A stretch of DNA of 48,679 bases from Gammaproteobacteria bacterium (GTDB lineage Bacteria; Pseudomonadota; Gammaproteobacteria; Eutrophobiales; Eutrophobiaceae): contig JBLHKL010000002.1 in the NCBI GenBank assembly GCA_047618295.1, positions 1-48,679 on the forward strand, read 5' to 3'. The notes beneath the pieces were generated by a model. The model was not told the origin of the DNA, made no database searches, and saw only the letters and a list, made by a program, of their open reading frames with translations. Every line of letters starts with the position of its first letter. Position 1 is the first letter of the stretch. The position numbers were made by a program, and so were the translations under genes. Shown piece by piece: positions 1 to 7,860 of the stretch.

Positions 1-123
1 GGTTGGAATGAGTTGCCGGATATCGGCTCTAGCGTTGGAGCAATGTTAATTATTGGTTCTTGTTTGTCTCTGACAATTCAGGGCAAGTTACCTAATCCGT
101 GGAAACAAAAACCGCCTGAATAA
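1..123 (+). CDS. 3' end of a membrane protein gene (EamA/DMT-like C-terminal helix), 5' truncated by the window edge
   Basis: Frame 1 is open from base 1 to TAA at 121-123: GWNELPDIGSSVGAMLIIGSCLSLTIQGKLPNPWKQKPPE*. This is a hydrophobic helix followed by a short basic tail. Confidence 0.4.
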   Translation, partial: GWNELPDIGSSVGAMLIIGSCLSLTIQGKLPNPWKQKPPE

Positions 124-134
124 CAAATAACATG

Positions 135-419
135 CTATTTTACAACCTCAACGCCATCAGCTTGTTTGATAGTTTTTGCCTCTGAACGCTCGATCATTTT
201 AACAATTGCAGACTGAATCACCTGGTCTTCTCTAGCATCAGACTTACTATGAAAGTGCTCTTCCATTGGCGCATCTCCCTCTTCGGCTACAAACGATACA
301 GCTACTTTCTCAGCTATATCTGTGGTGCTACCAAAATACGATATGGATATTTCAGGGTATCCTTGAAATCCCATCTTTACCTTTTTAGCAATTCTCTTTT
401 TAGACTTTTCCAAATTCAT
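135..419 (-). CDS. hypothetical protein (94 aa)
   Basis: Clean ORF with a basic N-terminus (KSKKRIAKKVK). No family recognised. Confidence 0.45.
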   Translation of the reverse strand: MNLEKSKKRIAKKVKMGFQGYPEISISYFGSTTDIAEKVAVSFVAEEGDAPMEEHFHSKSDAREDQVIQSAIVKMIERSEAKTIKQADGVEVVK

Positions 420-465
420 GATGATTACTAATATAAGGTATAACGATCAAGCTAAGGATGGGAAG

Positions 466-485
466 CCAAAGGCGATAGCCTTTGG
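466..485. terminator. 8-bp GC-containing hairpin CCAAAGGC-GATA-GCCTTTGG
   Basis: Seen directly. It is followed by TTTGT on the + strand and lies just downstream of the minus-strand small ORF 508-654. No good U-tract follows on the minus strand. Confidence 0.35.
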
Positions 486-507
486 TTTGTCCTGCATAAA
501 TGCAGTA

Positions 508-654
508 TTAAGTATCCTCGTTGCCTGGTATAGGTTGATCGGCCTGCGGCTGATCATCGGATGCTTCTGCTTTTTTCAGGCGCTTCTCTTCCTTCTTTTT
601 CTTTTTAGCGATTTCTTTCTGACGCTTTTCATATGAGTAATTGGGCTTAGCCAT
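508..654 (-). CDS. small lysine-rich protein (48 aa), not in the ORF track
   Basis: Minus-strand ATG at 654 with AAGAGAG 5-11 nt upstream. Translation: MAKPNYSYEKRQKEIAKKKKKEEKRLKKAEASDDQPQADQPIPGNEDT*. The + strand ORF 418-636 is its low-complexity shadow. Confidence 0.5.
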   Translation of the reverse strand: MAKPNYSYEKRQKEIAKKKKKEEKRLKKAEASDDQPQADQPIPGNEDT

Positions 655-884
655 TCGTTCTCTCTTCTATATAATTTTAGGATTAGTGTAGTTAAAACAC
701 AGGATGTTTCAACTGATTGCGCACTTTATTACACTTACAATATCAAAGTCTCGTGAAGCAAAAGGGTCAATAGCGGACCAGGCACATAACGACTCAGCTC
801 AAATTATTTTACCAAGCGCAGCGTAGTAACAACCGGTGCAGCGCCTTGTTATGAGCTATTATACATATTAGTTTAACAGACATG

Positions 885-1250
885 TTAGTTTTGGTTAAGA
901 CCAAGTTCTTTTTGCTTTTTCTTGGTCAATCCTAATGAAACAATGCGGTAAGATTCTTTGAGATAATATTTAAGTTCATCATCCTCAGTAACCGGCATAT
1001 CGAACTGTTGTATCCACTTCATCCCGCGAGAAGCGAAGTAAGGCGCTGGGCGATAACCTGGCTCGTCACTCAGAAAAAGAAAATCGGACTCAGACGTTTT
1101 AAATGTGTATGCAGGTTTACCTGCCTTTTCCCAGCCGCCAATTGTAAATACCTTTCCGCCTACTTTCCATACATGAGAACCTCCCCATTGAATAACGTAT
1201 GAAGTAGCAGTGAGTGAACGGCAAAATTCATTGAATGCTTCATAAGTCAT
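885..1250 (-). CDS. MmcQ/YjbR family DNA-binding protein
   Basis: 121 aa. Overall YjbR-like pattern (WGGSHVWKVGGKVF ... YRPAPYF ... ESYRIV). Confidence 0.75.
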   Translation of the reverse strand: MTYEAFNEFCRSLTATSYVIQWGGSHVWKVGGKVFTIGGWEKAGKPAYTFKTSESDFLFLSDEPGYRPAPYFASRGMKWIQQFDMPVTEDDELKYYLKESYRIVSLGLTKKKQKELGLNQN

Positions 1251-1341
1251 GCTGTACTCCTATTGGCACATAACGTGAAGCTTGAGCGGGTACGCAATGA
1301 AGCGATTAGTTATTATCAACATCCAATTTGGGATTGTTGCC

Positions 1342-2346
1342 CTATTCATCAATAGCTCTATTCAATAACATATCAACAAACTGTTGTTTAACCTGTTTCG
1401 ATGCATCTCGATAATTATCGAATTTCACGTGCTGATTAGTATCATCTAGATCCATTTCAATTCCCCAGAGTGACTTGATACCAATCGGGTTCATCGAATA
1501 ACGGACATCACCTAATATCTCAGGTCTTCCTGGATATTGGCTTACATAATTATTAGAAAAGATTTCAAAGCGGTGGATGTCTTCGACTAGCTGAGAATTA
1601 GTATCTAGTTCTGGAAACCTTTCTGACATATTAAATTGTTTTATGGAATCACCTTGATAGATTCGCTTTGATAAACCAGCCCGTACTGCATCTATGTAAA
1701 ATGTATCGTTTGATAAATACACTGATCGCCATAGCAAGGTATTGCCAATGGTTGGTTTTACTATTATTTTTTCAATCGTGTGTCCACGTTGTGCAGCCAA
1801 CTCAATTATCGAGTCTTCTGCGCGATTCATTTGAGAGAATGCGAACAATAAATAACAGCCTACTAATAAAAGTCCAATACGACTATAACGTGAACTGAGT
1901 TTTTTATATCCAGTAATGATTGCGGCTATTAATATAATCGTGAATACAGGATCAATAATCGAAATAATATGCCATGAGATTCGTGCATCAATAAGCGGCC
2001 ATAATAAATTGGTGCCATAACTGGTACAGGCATCGATAAATCCACTCAATAGATACCCCATAAAACAATAAAGGTATAGATAGTTTGCAGGTAGATTATT
2101 GCGCAAAAATGGCCACAACAATAAAAAGGCTATGCCTGCACCAATAGGGATGAAGAATATTGAATGGGTAAAATGACGATGAAATTCCAGAGACAATAAT
2201 GGATCAGAAGCTGACCGTATCAAGATATCAGCATCCGCAATGACACCGGCAACCAGTCCAATAAATGTCGCTAAACGAACATGCTCTTTTTTAGCAGCCG
2301 TTTGCGCTAGTGCGGCACCTAAAACAGCTTGTGTCACTATATCCAT
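1342..2346 (-). CDS. membrane-bound metal-dependent hydrolase, YdjM/DUF457 family
   Basis: Multi-TM N-terminal half with HRHFTHS (compare E. coli YdjM HRGFTHS), plus an extra C-terminal soluble domain. Confidence 0.7.
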   Translation of the reverse strand: MDIVTQAVLGAALAQTAAKKEHVRLATFIGLVAGVIADADILIRSASDPLLSLEFHRHFTHSIFFIPIGAGIAFLLLWPFLRNNLPANYLYLYCFMGYLLSGFIDACTSYGTNLLWPLIDARISWHIISIIDPVFTIILIAAIITGYKKLSSRYSRIGLLLVGCYLLFAFSQMNRAEDSIIELAAQRGHTIEKIIVKPTIGNTLLWRSVYLSNDTFYIDAVRAGLSKRIYQGDSIKQFNMSERFPELDTNSQLVEDIHRFEIFSNNYVSQYPGRPEILGDVRYSMNPIGIKSLWGIEMDLDDTNQHVKFDNYRDASKQVKQQFVDMLLNRAIDE

Positions 2347-2353
2347 TGAGTAT

Positions 2354-3229
2354 CTATATTAGACTGTCTATTGTCGTGATACAGCTTCGATAATAATTGT
2401 AGCCAAATAAAATGAAGTGATTTATTTCATGGTACAAACGATACAAGCTGATGCGTTGTTCCGAACCATCCTGTAGCGGCCAGACCTCTGCATAAGCAGC
2501 TTCACATCGAGTATCGAAACCACCAAACATGCGCATCATGCCTATCTCTGCCTCACGATGACCATAGTAACTGGCCGGGTCAAAGATAACCGGCTGACCC
2601 TGCTCGTTCGCAGCTGCGTTTCCCGACCATAGATCACCATGTAAAAGCACAGCGGGTTCTTCGATATCACCTAATAATGACTCCAGTCGCGACATCAACT
2701 TTTCACCCTTTGTTAATATGGGATCGCTTTTATCGGTAATCATTGATAGTCGTTTTAATTGCAAACCTAATCTCTGTTCGCGCCAGAATGAGAGCCAATT
2801 ATCCTGCCAGCTATTAATTTGCTTACTCATGCCAAGATAATTATCTTTATCAAAACCAAATCGTTCTGTTTTTGTAGCTATATGCAGCTCGGCCAGGTTA
2901 CGCCCCATTTGTTCTTGCCAATCGGCAGCTGGCGCACCTTCAATAAATGTTTCTATAACAATAAAATCATCACTACAGGCTATAGGCTTTGGAACATGAA
3001 TAACGTCAGGTTCAGCTAACAGCAACAAGGCATCGTATTCGGCTTCAAATAATCCCGGATGGGTTTTTGATTCAGGGTTTGTTTTTACAAAAAACTGCCG
3101 GCCATCCTTTAATGTCACTATTTGGCTATCATTAATACAACCACCCTGTGCTGTTTTGCTATCAGCAAACTCTGCCTCTTTCTCCGTACAGGAAGAGATA
3201 GCTGCTTCAACACGTGATTGGAGCGTCAT
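2354..3229 (-). CDS. fructosamine kinase family protein
   Basis: HGDLWSGN and DPASYYGHREAE motifs. The 291 aa length fits the family. Confidence 0.85.
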   Translation of the reverse strand: MTLQSRVEAAISSCTEKEAEFADSKTAQGGCINDSQIVTLKDGRQFFVKTNPESKTHPGLFEAEYDALLLLAEPDVIHVPKPIACSDDFIVIETFIEGAPAADWQEQMGRNLAELHIATKTERFGFDKDNYLGMSKQINSWQDNWLSFWREQRLGLQLKRLSMITDKSDPILTKGEKLMSRLESLLGDIEEPAVLLHGDLWSGNAAANEQGQPVIFDPASYYGHREAEIGMMRMFGGFDTRCEAAYAEVWPLQDGSEQRISLYRLYHEINHFILFGYNYYRSCITTIDSLI

Positions 3230-3723
3230 TTGTTATTTAATATTTCAAGACAATGGGACATCATCATTGGACAAGCAGATTCAATCATATCTAACACTTT
3301 CTCAAATCCAGCATTGCCACCGTAATAAGGATCAGGGACTGAAGGCGCATCATCATTATTCTTATAGCCGTCTAGAAAGGTGCCTAATAAACGTATGTGT
3401 TGTTTCGAACCATCGACCATTGATTCCATTTCTACAAGATTATCGGTATCCATAGCCACAACCAAATCGAATCTATTCAAATCTTGTTCTGTGACTTTCC
3501 GCGCACGTGACAAAAGCTGATAACCCCTGTTTGATGCGACTTCACGCATGCGGGCATCAGCAGGTTCACCAGTGTGATAGGCAATGGTACCTGCTGAGTC
3601 GATATGGAATTGATCAGCGTGGCCATTATGTTCAACATAATGTTGAAAAACGCCCTCGCCTGTTGGTGAACGACAGATATTGCCCATACATACAAAAATA
3701 ACTGATATTTTAGGTTTTTCCAT
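3226..3723 (-). CDS. low-molecular-weight protein-tyrosine phosphatase
   Basis: P-loop VCMGNICRSP (CX5R-S) and DPYYG general-acid loop. There is a 4-nt overlap with the downstream kinase gene. Confidence 0.9.
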   Translation of the reverse strand: MEKPKISVIFVCMGNICRSPTGEGVFQHYVEHNGHADQFHIDSAGTIAYHTGEPADARMREVASNRGYQLLSRARKVTEQDLNRFDLVVAMDTDNLVEMESMVDGSKQHIRLLGTFLDGYKNNDDAPSVPDPYYGGNAGFEKVLDMIESACPMMMSHCLEILNNK

Positions 3724-3777
3724 AGTTAATTATTATTCGTACAGGCTAAACAATTATCGGTTATGTTCGATGCATAG

Positions 3778-4209
3778 TTAAAAGTAGGTTGTATCTGGTT
3801 GGTCTTGCGCTTTCGGCACCATAGGGGGTTCTAATGTGGCACTACAAGGAAAGGCTTCTCTTAAAGCAGCTGACACCAAACCACCAGCAGCGTTGTGTAG
3901 TACGTCCGGGTGGGTCTCCAAAAACTTAACAACGATAAGAACAAGATTCCCTACACTAGTACCTTCTGGCCTACAAAAAATTGGCTCTATAAGCCCTGAT
4001 TTTGTATAAGCATGATGGGTGTCTGCTGCTGATTGAAGATAACCAAAACATAAGTTTGTATCTGATGAGTTATAATTAGCATCTCCGTCCGCTCCCTTTA
4101 TAGCTTCCTTACACTTGCTTAGTAATTGATCGCCGTCTAAATACGAATCAGCCGCATAAATAGGCATTGCCAGATTCAACAGTAACAAAGCTAATATTAT
4201 TCGTTTCAT
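3778..4209 (-). CDS. secreted Rap1a/Tai4-like protein (T6SS amidase-immunity fold family)
   Basis: Signal peptide MKRIILALLLLNLAMPIYA. Family-like spacing: C..(n)..CFGYLQSAAD ... FCRPEGTSVGNLVLIVVKFLETHPD ... LVSAALREAFPC. Confidence 0.55.
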   Translation of the reverse strand: MKRIILALLLLNLAMPIYAADSYLDGDQLLSKCKEAIKGADGDANYNSSDTNLCFGYLQSAADTHHAYTKSGLIEPIFCRPEGTSVGNLVLIVVKFLETHPDVLHNAAGGLVSAALREAFPCSATLEPPMVPKAQDQPDTTYF

Positions 4210-4232
4210 GTGAAGTTCCTAGTGGGTGTCCT

Positions 4233-4550
4233 TTAATCAACGATGGGTTGGACTAAAACCCAAGGCTTAATCACTACGGCCCAGACAGTTACATTGCTTT
4301 CATGCCATGCACTCGCCTGTTCATCGCTTACATTGGCAACCAAACCGTCTTTCAGCCACTCTTCGAATTGAGTTTTGTCGTCGTTGGATAATACGGTGGC
4401 TACTTTGATTAAATCTGCTTTATGCGAGACATAGATCGCCATTCCTTTAGCAAAGAAAGGTAATAACGCACTCCATGCCATTTTTGAGGTTTCCCGGTTA
4501 ATTTTATGCAGTAGGTCCTCACCTGTTTCTTCATTACTGTTTTCTGTCAT
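4233..4550 (-). CDS. DUF2288 domain-containing protein
   Basis: WSALLPFFAKG ... VWAVVIKPWVLVQ matches the DUF2288 pattern as I recall it. Confidence 0.6.
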   Translation of the reverse strand: MTENSNEETGEDLLHKINRETSKMAWSALLPFFAKGMAIYVSHKADLIKVATVLSNDDKTQFEEWLKDGLVANVSDEQASAWHESNVTVWAVVIKPWVLVQPIVD

Positions 4551-4780
4551 ATCAATACAATTAAAGGTGAATTCTGTTGGTGATTATAACGACATGTGAA
4601 GTGTTATAGAAATGGCAATAAATCTGCTTGGTCATGAATTAACGGTATCGTCCAGATTAAATCAAGAGGGTTATTTCAGTTGATCATAGATAATAATCTT
4701 TTGATAAAAACCGTAAATAGTTCAACAAATTGGTACATAAATTGCGATAATATCAGCTACATAATGAATTAAGGCTTTAC

Positions 4781-5329
4781 ATGAACGATACAAAAGAAGT
4801 CCCCAACGAACCTGAAAATATTGTTATATCCCAAACAGTTGCAATTCTTGTCGACGGTAACAATATTGAGCGTAGCATTCATACAGAAGCAAATGACACC
4901 AACACCATGCTCAATTTTGACGCATTGATTCCAAAGCTATTGGTTAATCGTGGGCTCAGTCGCCTGGTTTACTTTCGAGAAGGAAAACACATATCAAATA
5001 AATTACAGGAACGTTTACATAATTTTTACCACGGTTCTGTTCGTCCTTGTCATAAAAGCGCAGATATTCCACTTTCAATTAATGCCATTCAATTAGCTAA
5101 TAAAGTTGACACCATTATTATCATGTCGGGTGATTCTGACTATATAGAACTGGTAAGACATCTAAAATCAGAAGGTGTGCGTGTTGAAATAGCTGCGGTA
5201 GCAAGTACTACTTCGAGATTCATAGTTGAAGAAGCGGATCATTTCCATGAGATAACCAAGGAAGACTGGTTCACACTTCCTCCCAAAAAGCCTCAAAAAA
5301 GACGCAATAAAAAAGCAGACGCCTCTTAA
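4781..5329 (+). CDS. NYN (LabA-like, PIN-fold) domain protein with a basic C-terminal tail
   Basis: ILVDGNNIERS ... IIMSGDSDY acidic motifs typical of NYN/LabA. C-terminal PPKKPQKRRNKK. Confidence 0.7.
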   Translation: MNDTKEVPNEPENIVISQTVAILVDGNNIERSIHTEANDTNTMLNFDALIPKLLVNRGLSRLVYFREGKHISNKLQERLHNFYHGSVRPCHKSADIPLSINAIQLANKVDTIIIMSGDSDYIELVRHLKSEGVRVEIAAVASTTSRFIVEEADHFHEITKEDWFTLPPKKPQKRRNKKADAS

Positions 5330-5349
5330 CGAATTGCAGTTGATATATG

Positions 5350-5363
5350 TTGATCTGGATCAA
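5350..5363 (+). promoter_or_regulatory. perfect FNR/ANR-type box TTGAT-CTGG-ATCAA, inside a 28-nt imperfect palindrome (5343-5370)
   Basis: 10/10 match to TTGAT-N4-ATCAA. CATAAT -10 at 5386-5391 puts the box centre near -41.5. It is 70 nt upstream of ATG 5426. Confidence 0.55.
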
Positions 5364-5425
5364 CGTATATTTAGCGAAATATTTCCATAATGGTCTCATA
5401 TTTAATCAAATAGGAGACATCAATA

Positions 5426-5713
5426 ATGCTAACCTTTGAAGACTGTCTGGCTCTTTGTGATCTTTCTGTAGATGAAATTGCAGCTATTGCAGAGCATGAG
5501 CATTTACCAGAGATGGCAGCGCTTGGATATGGCGATTACTTGATTCATGGCCCTGATGGAGAGCAACACATCAAGCGAATGATCGTTGAAGATATAGAAA
5601 ACGCCAAAGCCAGTGGAAATCTGAAACATGTCGAGGAACTTGAGGCAATACTCAAAACATTTATTGTTAACCATCCAAAATTACTGGTCTTGCTAGAAGC
5701 ACGGACTCAGTAG
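5426..5713 (+). CDS. hypothetical protein (95 aa), first gene of the putative FNR-dependent operon
   Basis: AGGAGA 8 nt upstream of the ATG. Acidic helical protein; family not recognised. Confidence 0.55.
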   Translation: MLTFEDCLALCDLSVDEIAAIAEHEHLPEMAALGYGDYLIHGPDGEQHIKRMIVEDIENAKASGNLKHVEELEAILKTFIVNHPKLLVLLEARTQ

Positions 5714-5745
5714 TACTATTGCCTGATATAACAGAGAATTAAATC

Positions 5746-6228
5746 ATGACAACATTATTCCGAGCATTACTCCTTTTCTTTTTAATTTCCACTACATCGA
5801 CCAGTCATGGTCAGGATGACAATAGTAGTCCTGATAGGAATGACCCTATAGCTCATGCAGAATCAAGCGAACGCTTAACAACAATTATGCGTCGCTTGTT
5901 CTCAGTAGTCCATGAGGAACGAATTGAAGAAAACCTTGAATTAACACAGTCTGATATGTCTGACCTATTAGAAGCAGTCGAAGAATTGCTCTTTTATTCT
6001 GAATTAATGTCCGCAAAGGTTCCTGAATCAGAATTAGAAGTAAACGACCAGGTTATCTTTAGAGCCTTGGCAAATCAGCTCTATGATGAATCATTGAATA
6101 TTCAACAATTAACAAAGAACTACAATATTGATCATACTGATAGCAGTAAAGATAATATCTTTTATGATGCAACTGAACGCTTGAACCAAACCTGTGCTGC
6201 CTGCCATCAATTATTTAGAGATAAATAA
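5746..6228 (+). CDS. class II cytochrome c (cytochrome c'-like four-helix bundle)
   Basis: Signal peptide, and a single CAACH haem motif 8 residues from the C-terminus (TCAACHQLFRDK*), the hallmark position for cytochrome c'. Confidence 0.65.
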   Translation: MTTLFRALLLFFLISTTSTSHGQDDNSSPDRNDPIAHAESSERLTTIMRRLFSVVHEERIEENLELTQSDMSDLLEAVEELLFYSELMSAKVPESELEVNDQVIFRALANQLYDESLNIQQLTKNYNIDHTDSSKDNIFYDATERLNQTCAACHQLFRDK

Positions 6229-6278
6229 TTACTCAGTTATCTACCCCTTCCAACTACAATACTGTTACGACAGGCTAA

Positions 6279-6614
6279 CTAGTCACAAGGATAGTTTGGC
6301 GACAGAATTATTCCTGCTGCCATTTCTGCAGATTCAAGCTGTAACGCTGGCTCTGCTTTTAAACCGTCAACGACGATCTTCGCTAATAACTCTTCTGATT
6401 CATTACCCGTTAAACAAACACGCGGGATGCTAAGGTCTCTTCCATGATGACAATCGCATGGCGTAACGTACCATGAACACATCATGCCGGTTGACCCATG
6501 GAACCCGTTTGCTAATGAATTTTCACAAGCTTTGAGTAGGTCTTTTGCTGATGGTGCAGCAAGTATATCCGCGGATACCATGAATAAAAGACCGATCCAT
6601 ATATACTTTTTCAT
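6279..6614 (-). CDS. secreted cysteine-rich protein, divergent Rap1a/Tai4-like
   Basis: Signal peptide MKKYIWIGLLFMVSADILA. LLKACE ... CSWYV ... VCL..NESEELLAKIVVDGLKAEP ... ILSPNYPC echoes the Rap1a pattern. Confidence 0.4.
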   Translation of the reverse strand: MKKYIWIGLLFMVSADILAAPSAKDLLKACENSLANGFHGSTGMMCSWYVTPCDCHHGRDLSIPRVCLTGNESEELLAKIVVDGLKAEPALQLESAEMAAGIILSPNYPCD

Positions 6615-6779
6615 ATATTTTTACCCACTCAGAAGCATTTAATAGAATCAGATTTGAAATATTGTCCTTAGATCTGCATAGTAGCGCTTTTTATCAATAC
6701 CAATAAGACCTGATTATCCTGGCATTTCGCATTTTTCAGCCAGCATGAGTAGGCATTTAAACAATTACTGGAGAAAGAC

Positions 6780-7262
6780 GTGCAGCTTACAAAAGACAAG
6801 GTCGCAAACATCAACTACACGCTGAAAGATAAAGACAGCAACATTATGGACGAATCCACGGATGGTACTTTCACCTATTTACATGGTGCAAAAAACCTCA
6901 TTCCTGCATTGGAAGATGCCTTAGAAGGCAAAGAAGCCGGTGATAAAGCCAATGTCGTCGTCGCCGCTGAAAATGCTTATGGTGAGCGTGATGAGCAAAA
7001 AGTACAGCGCGTCCCCAGAAAAATGTTTCCTGTAGATCAAGATATAAAGGTAGGTATGCCATTTAGCTCTGCGACACCTGAAGGAACAGCCGTAAATGTA
7101 GTCATTACCGCGATAGAAGAGACTGAAGTTGTCATCGACGGAAACCATCCTTTGGCTGGTGTGGAATTACATTTTGATATCGAAATCATTGGTATTCGAG
7201 ATGCTACTAAAGAAGAGCTCGAACATGGTCACGTTCATGGTCCAGGCGGTCATCAGCACTAG
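6780..7262 (+). CDS. slyD: FKBP-type peptidyl-prolyl isomerase SlyD
   Basis: GTG start with GGAG 8 nt upstream. Collinear with E. coli SlyD (YLHG ... VVIDGNHPLAG ... EELEHGHVHG) with a short His-rich tail. Confidence 0.9.
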   Translation: MQLTKDKVANINYTLKDKDSNIMDESTDGTFTYLHGAKNLIPALEDALEGKEAGDKANVVVAAENAYGERDEQKVQRVPRKMFPVDQDIKVGMPFSSATPEGTAVNVVITAIEETEVVIDGNHPLAGVELHFDIEIIGIRDATKEELEHGHVHGPGGHQH

Positions 7263-7295
7263 ATTCAAATTTACCAGCAAACTATCAGTAATATT

Positions 7296-7643
7296 ATGAC
7301 GCTTCAGGACTTTCTGGATAAGTTGCATGCTGAACCCGATTCTATCGAGTTTGCTGAAACAATTGAAACTATAGAATCAAATTACGAATACACGCCAACA
7401 AACTTCACTAATGGAACTCAGCTTAATAAAGCTGGTGAGAATGAGGGTTCTTGTAAAATTTTAGCCTTTGCATATATTAATAATCTGACAGTAACAGAAA
7501 CATTAAATTGCTTTGGCCATTATTTTCGTGAAGATGTGGTAGGTAACCCAGCAGGGGATGATCATCAAAATATACGGCAATTCATTTTAGATGGTTTTGA
7601 AGAAATAAAATTTGATGTATTGCCGCTACAATTTAAAGCCTAG
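7296..7643 (+). CDS. HopJ type III effector family protein
   Basis: FAETIETIESNYEYTPTNFTNG ... NEGSCKILAFA is typical of the HopJ (PF08888) family. Confidence 0.75.
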   Translation: MTLQDFLDKLHAEPDSIEFAETIETIESNYEYTPTNFTNGTQLNKAGENEGSCKILAFAYINNLTVTETLNCFGHYFREDVVGNPAGDDHQNIRQFILDGFEEIKFDVLPLQFKA

Positions 7644-7837
7644 AAGAAGAAAAAGACCATTATTGATAATCCAGTATATATAACAATCGTAATCCAATAA
7701 TTTCCTGGCTCATCCGTTTTATAAACAGTACGCCCGGACGCTTTGTCTTTTGCATACACTTCACCCGTGAATAAACAATATACGGTGTACATAAAGATCA
7801 TCACACCTATACCTTTAAAGGGACTTATCTTCACCAC
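7640..7837 (-). CDS. small membrane protein (65 aa or shorter)
   Basis: Two hydrophobic segments. There is a 4-nt convergent overlap with the hopJ-family gene, and the start is uncertain. Confidence 0.35.
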   Translation of the reverse strand: MVKISPFKGIGVMIFMYTVYCLFTGEVYAKDKASGRTVYKTDEPGNYWITIVIYTGLSIMVFFFF

Positions 7838-7860
7838 TCCTATTATTTAATAACTAAGTA

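Noticed and set aside
418-636. A 72-aa + strand ORF rich in Phe/Leu.
   Set aside because: It is the complement of the Lys/Glu-rich minus-strand small ORF (508-654), which has the SD site and the conserved-looking N-terminus.
781-1275. An exact 11-nt direct repeat, GGCACATAACG (781-791 and 1265-1275), brackets the yjbR gene. On the minus strand the ends are GTTATG/CATAAC-like, which resembles an integron cassette with attC sites.
   Set aside because: About 5-6 exact 11-mer repeats within 500 nt of each other are expected by chance in a 48.7-kb window. The putative attC arms pair poorly, with only the ATAAC/GTTAT and GCTT/AAGC blocks matching. There is no intI gene, attI site or cassette array.
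2330-2385. A LexA box was sought upstream of the ydjM-like gene, because E. coli ydjM is SOS-regulated.
   Set aside because: Only CTGT-N13-ACAG is present, not CTGT-N8-ACAG. The gene starts 8 nt after the upstream kinase gene, so it is probably operonic.
4781-5329. The NYN/PIN-like nuclease domain protein was considered as a toxin or defence nuclease.
   Set aside because: It is a stand-alone LabA-like protein with no adjacent antitoxin-sized gene in an operon. The next ORF is separated by a palindromic FNR site and has its own promoter.
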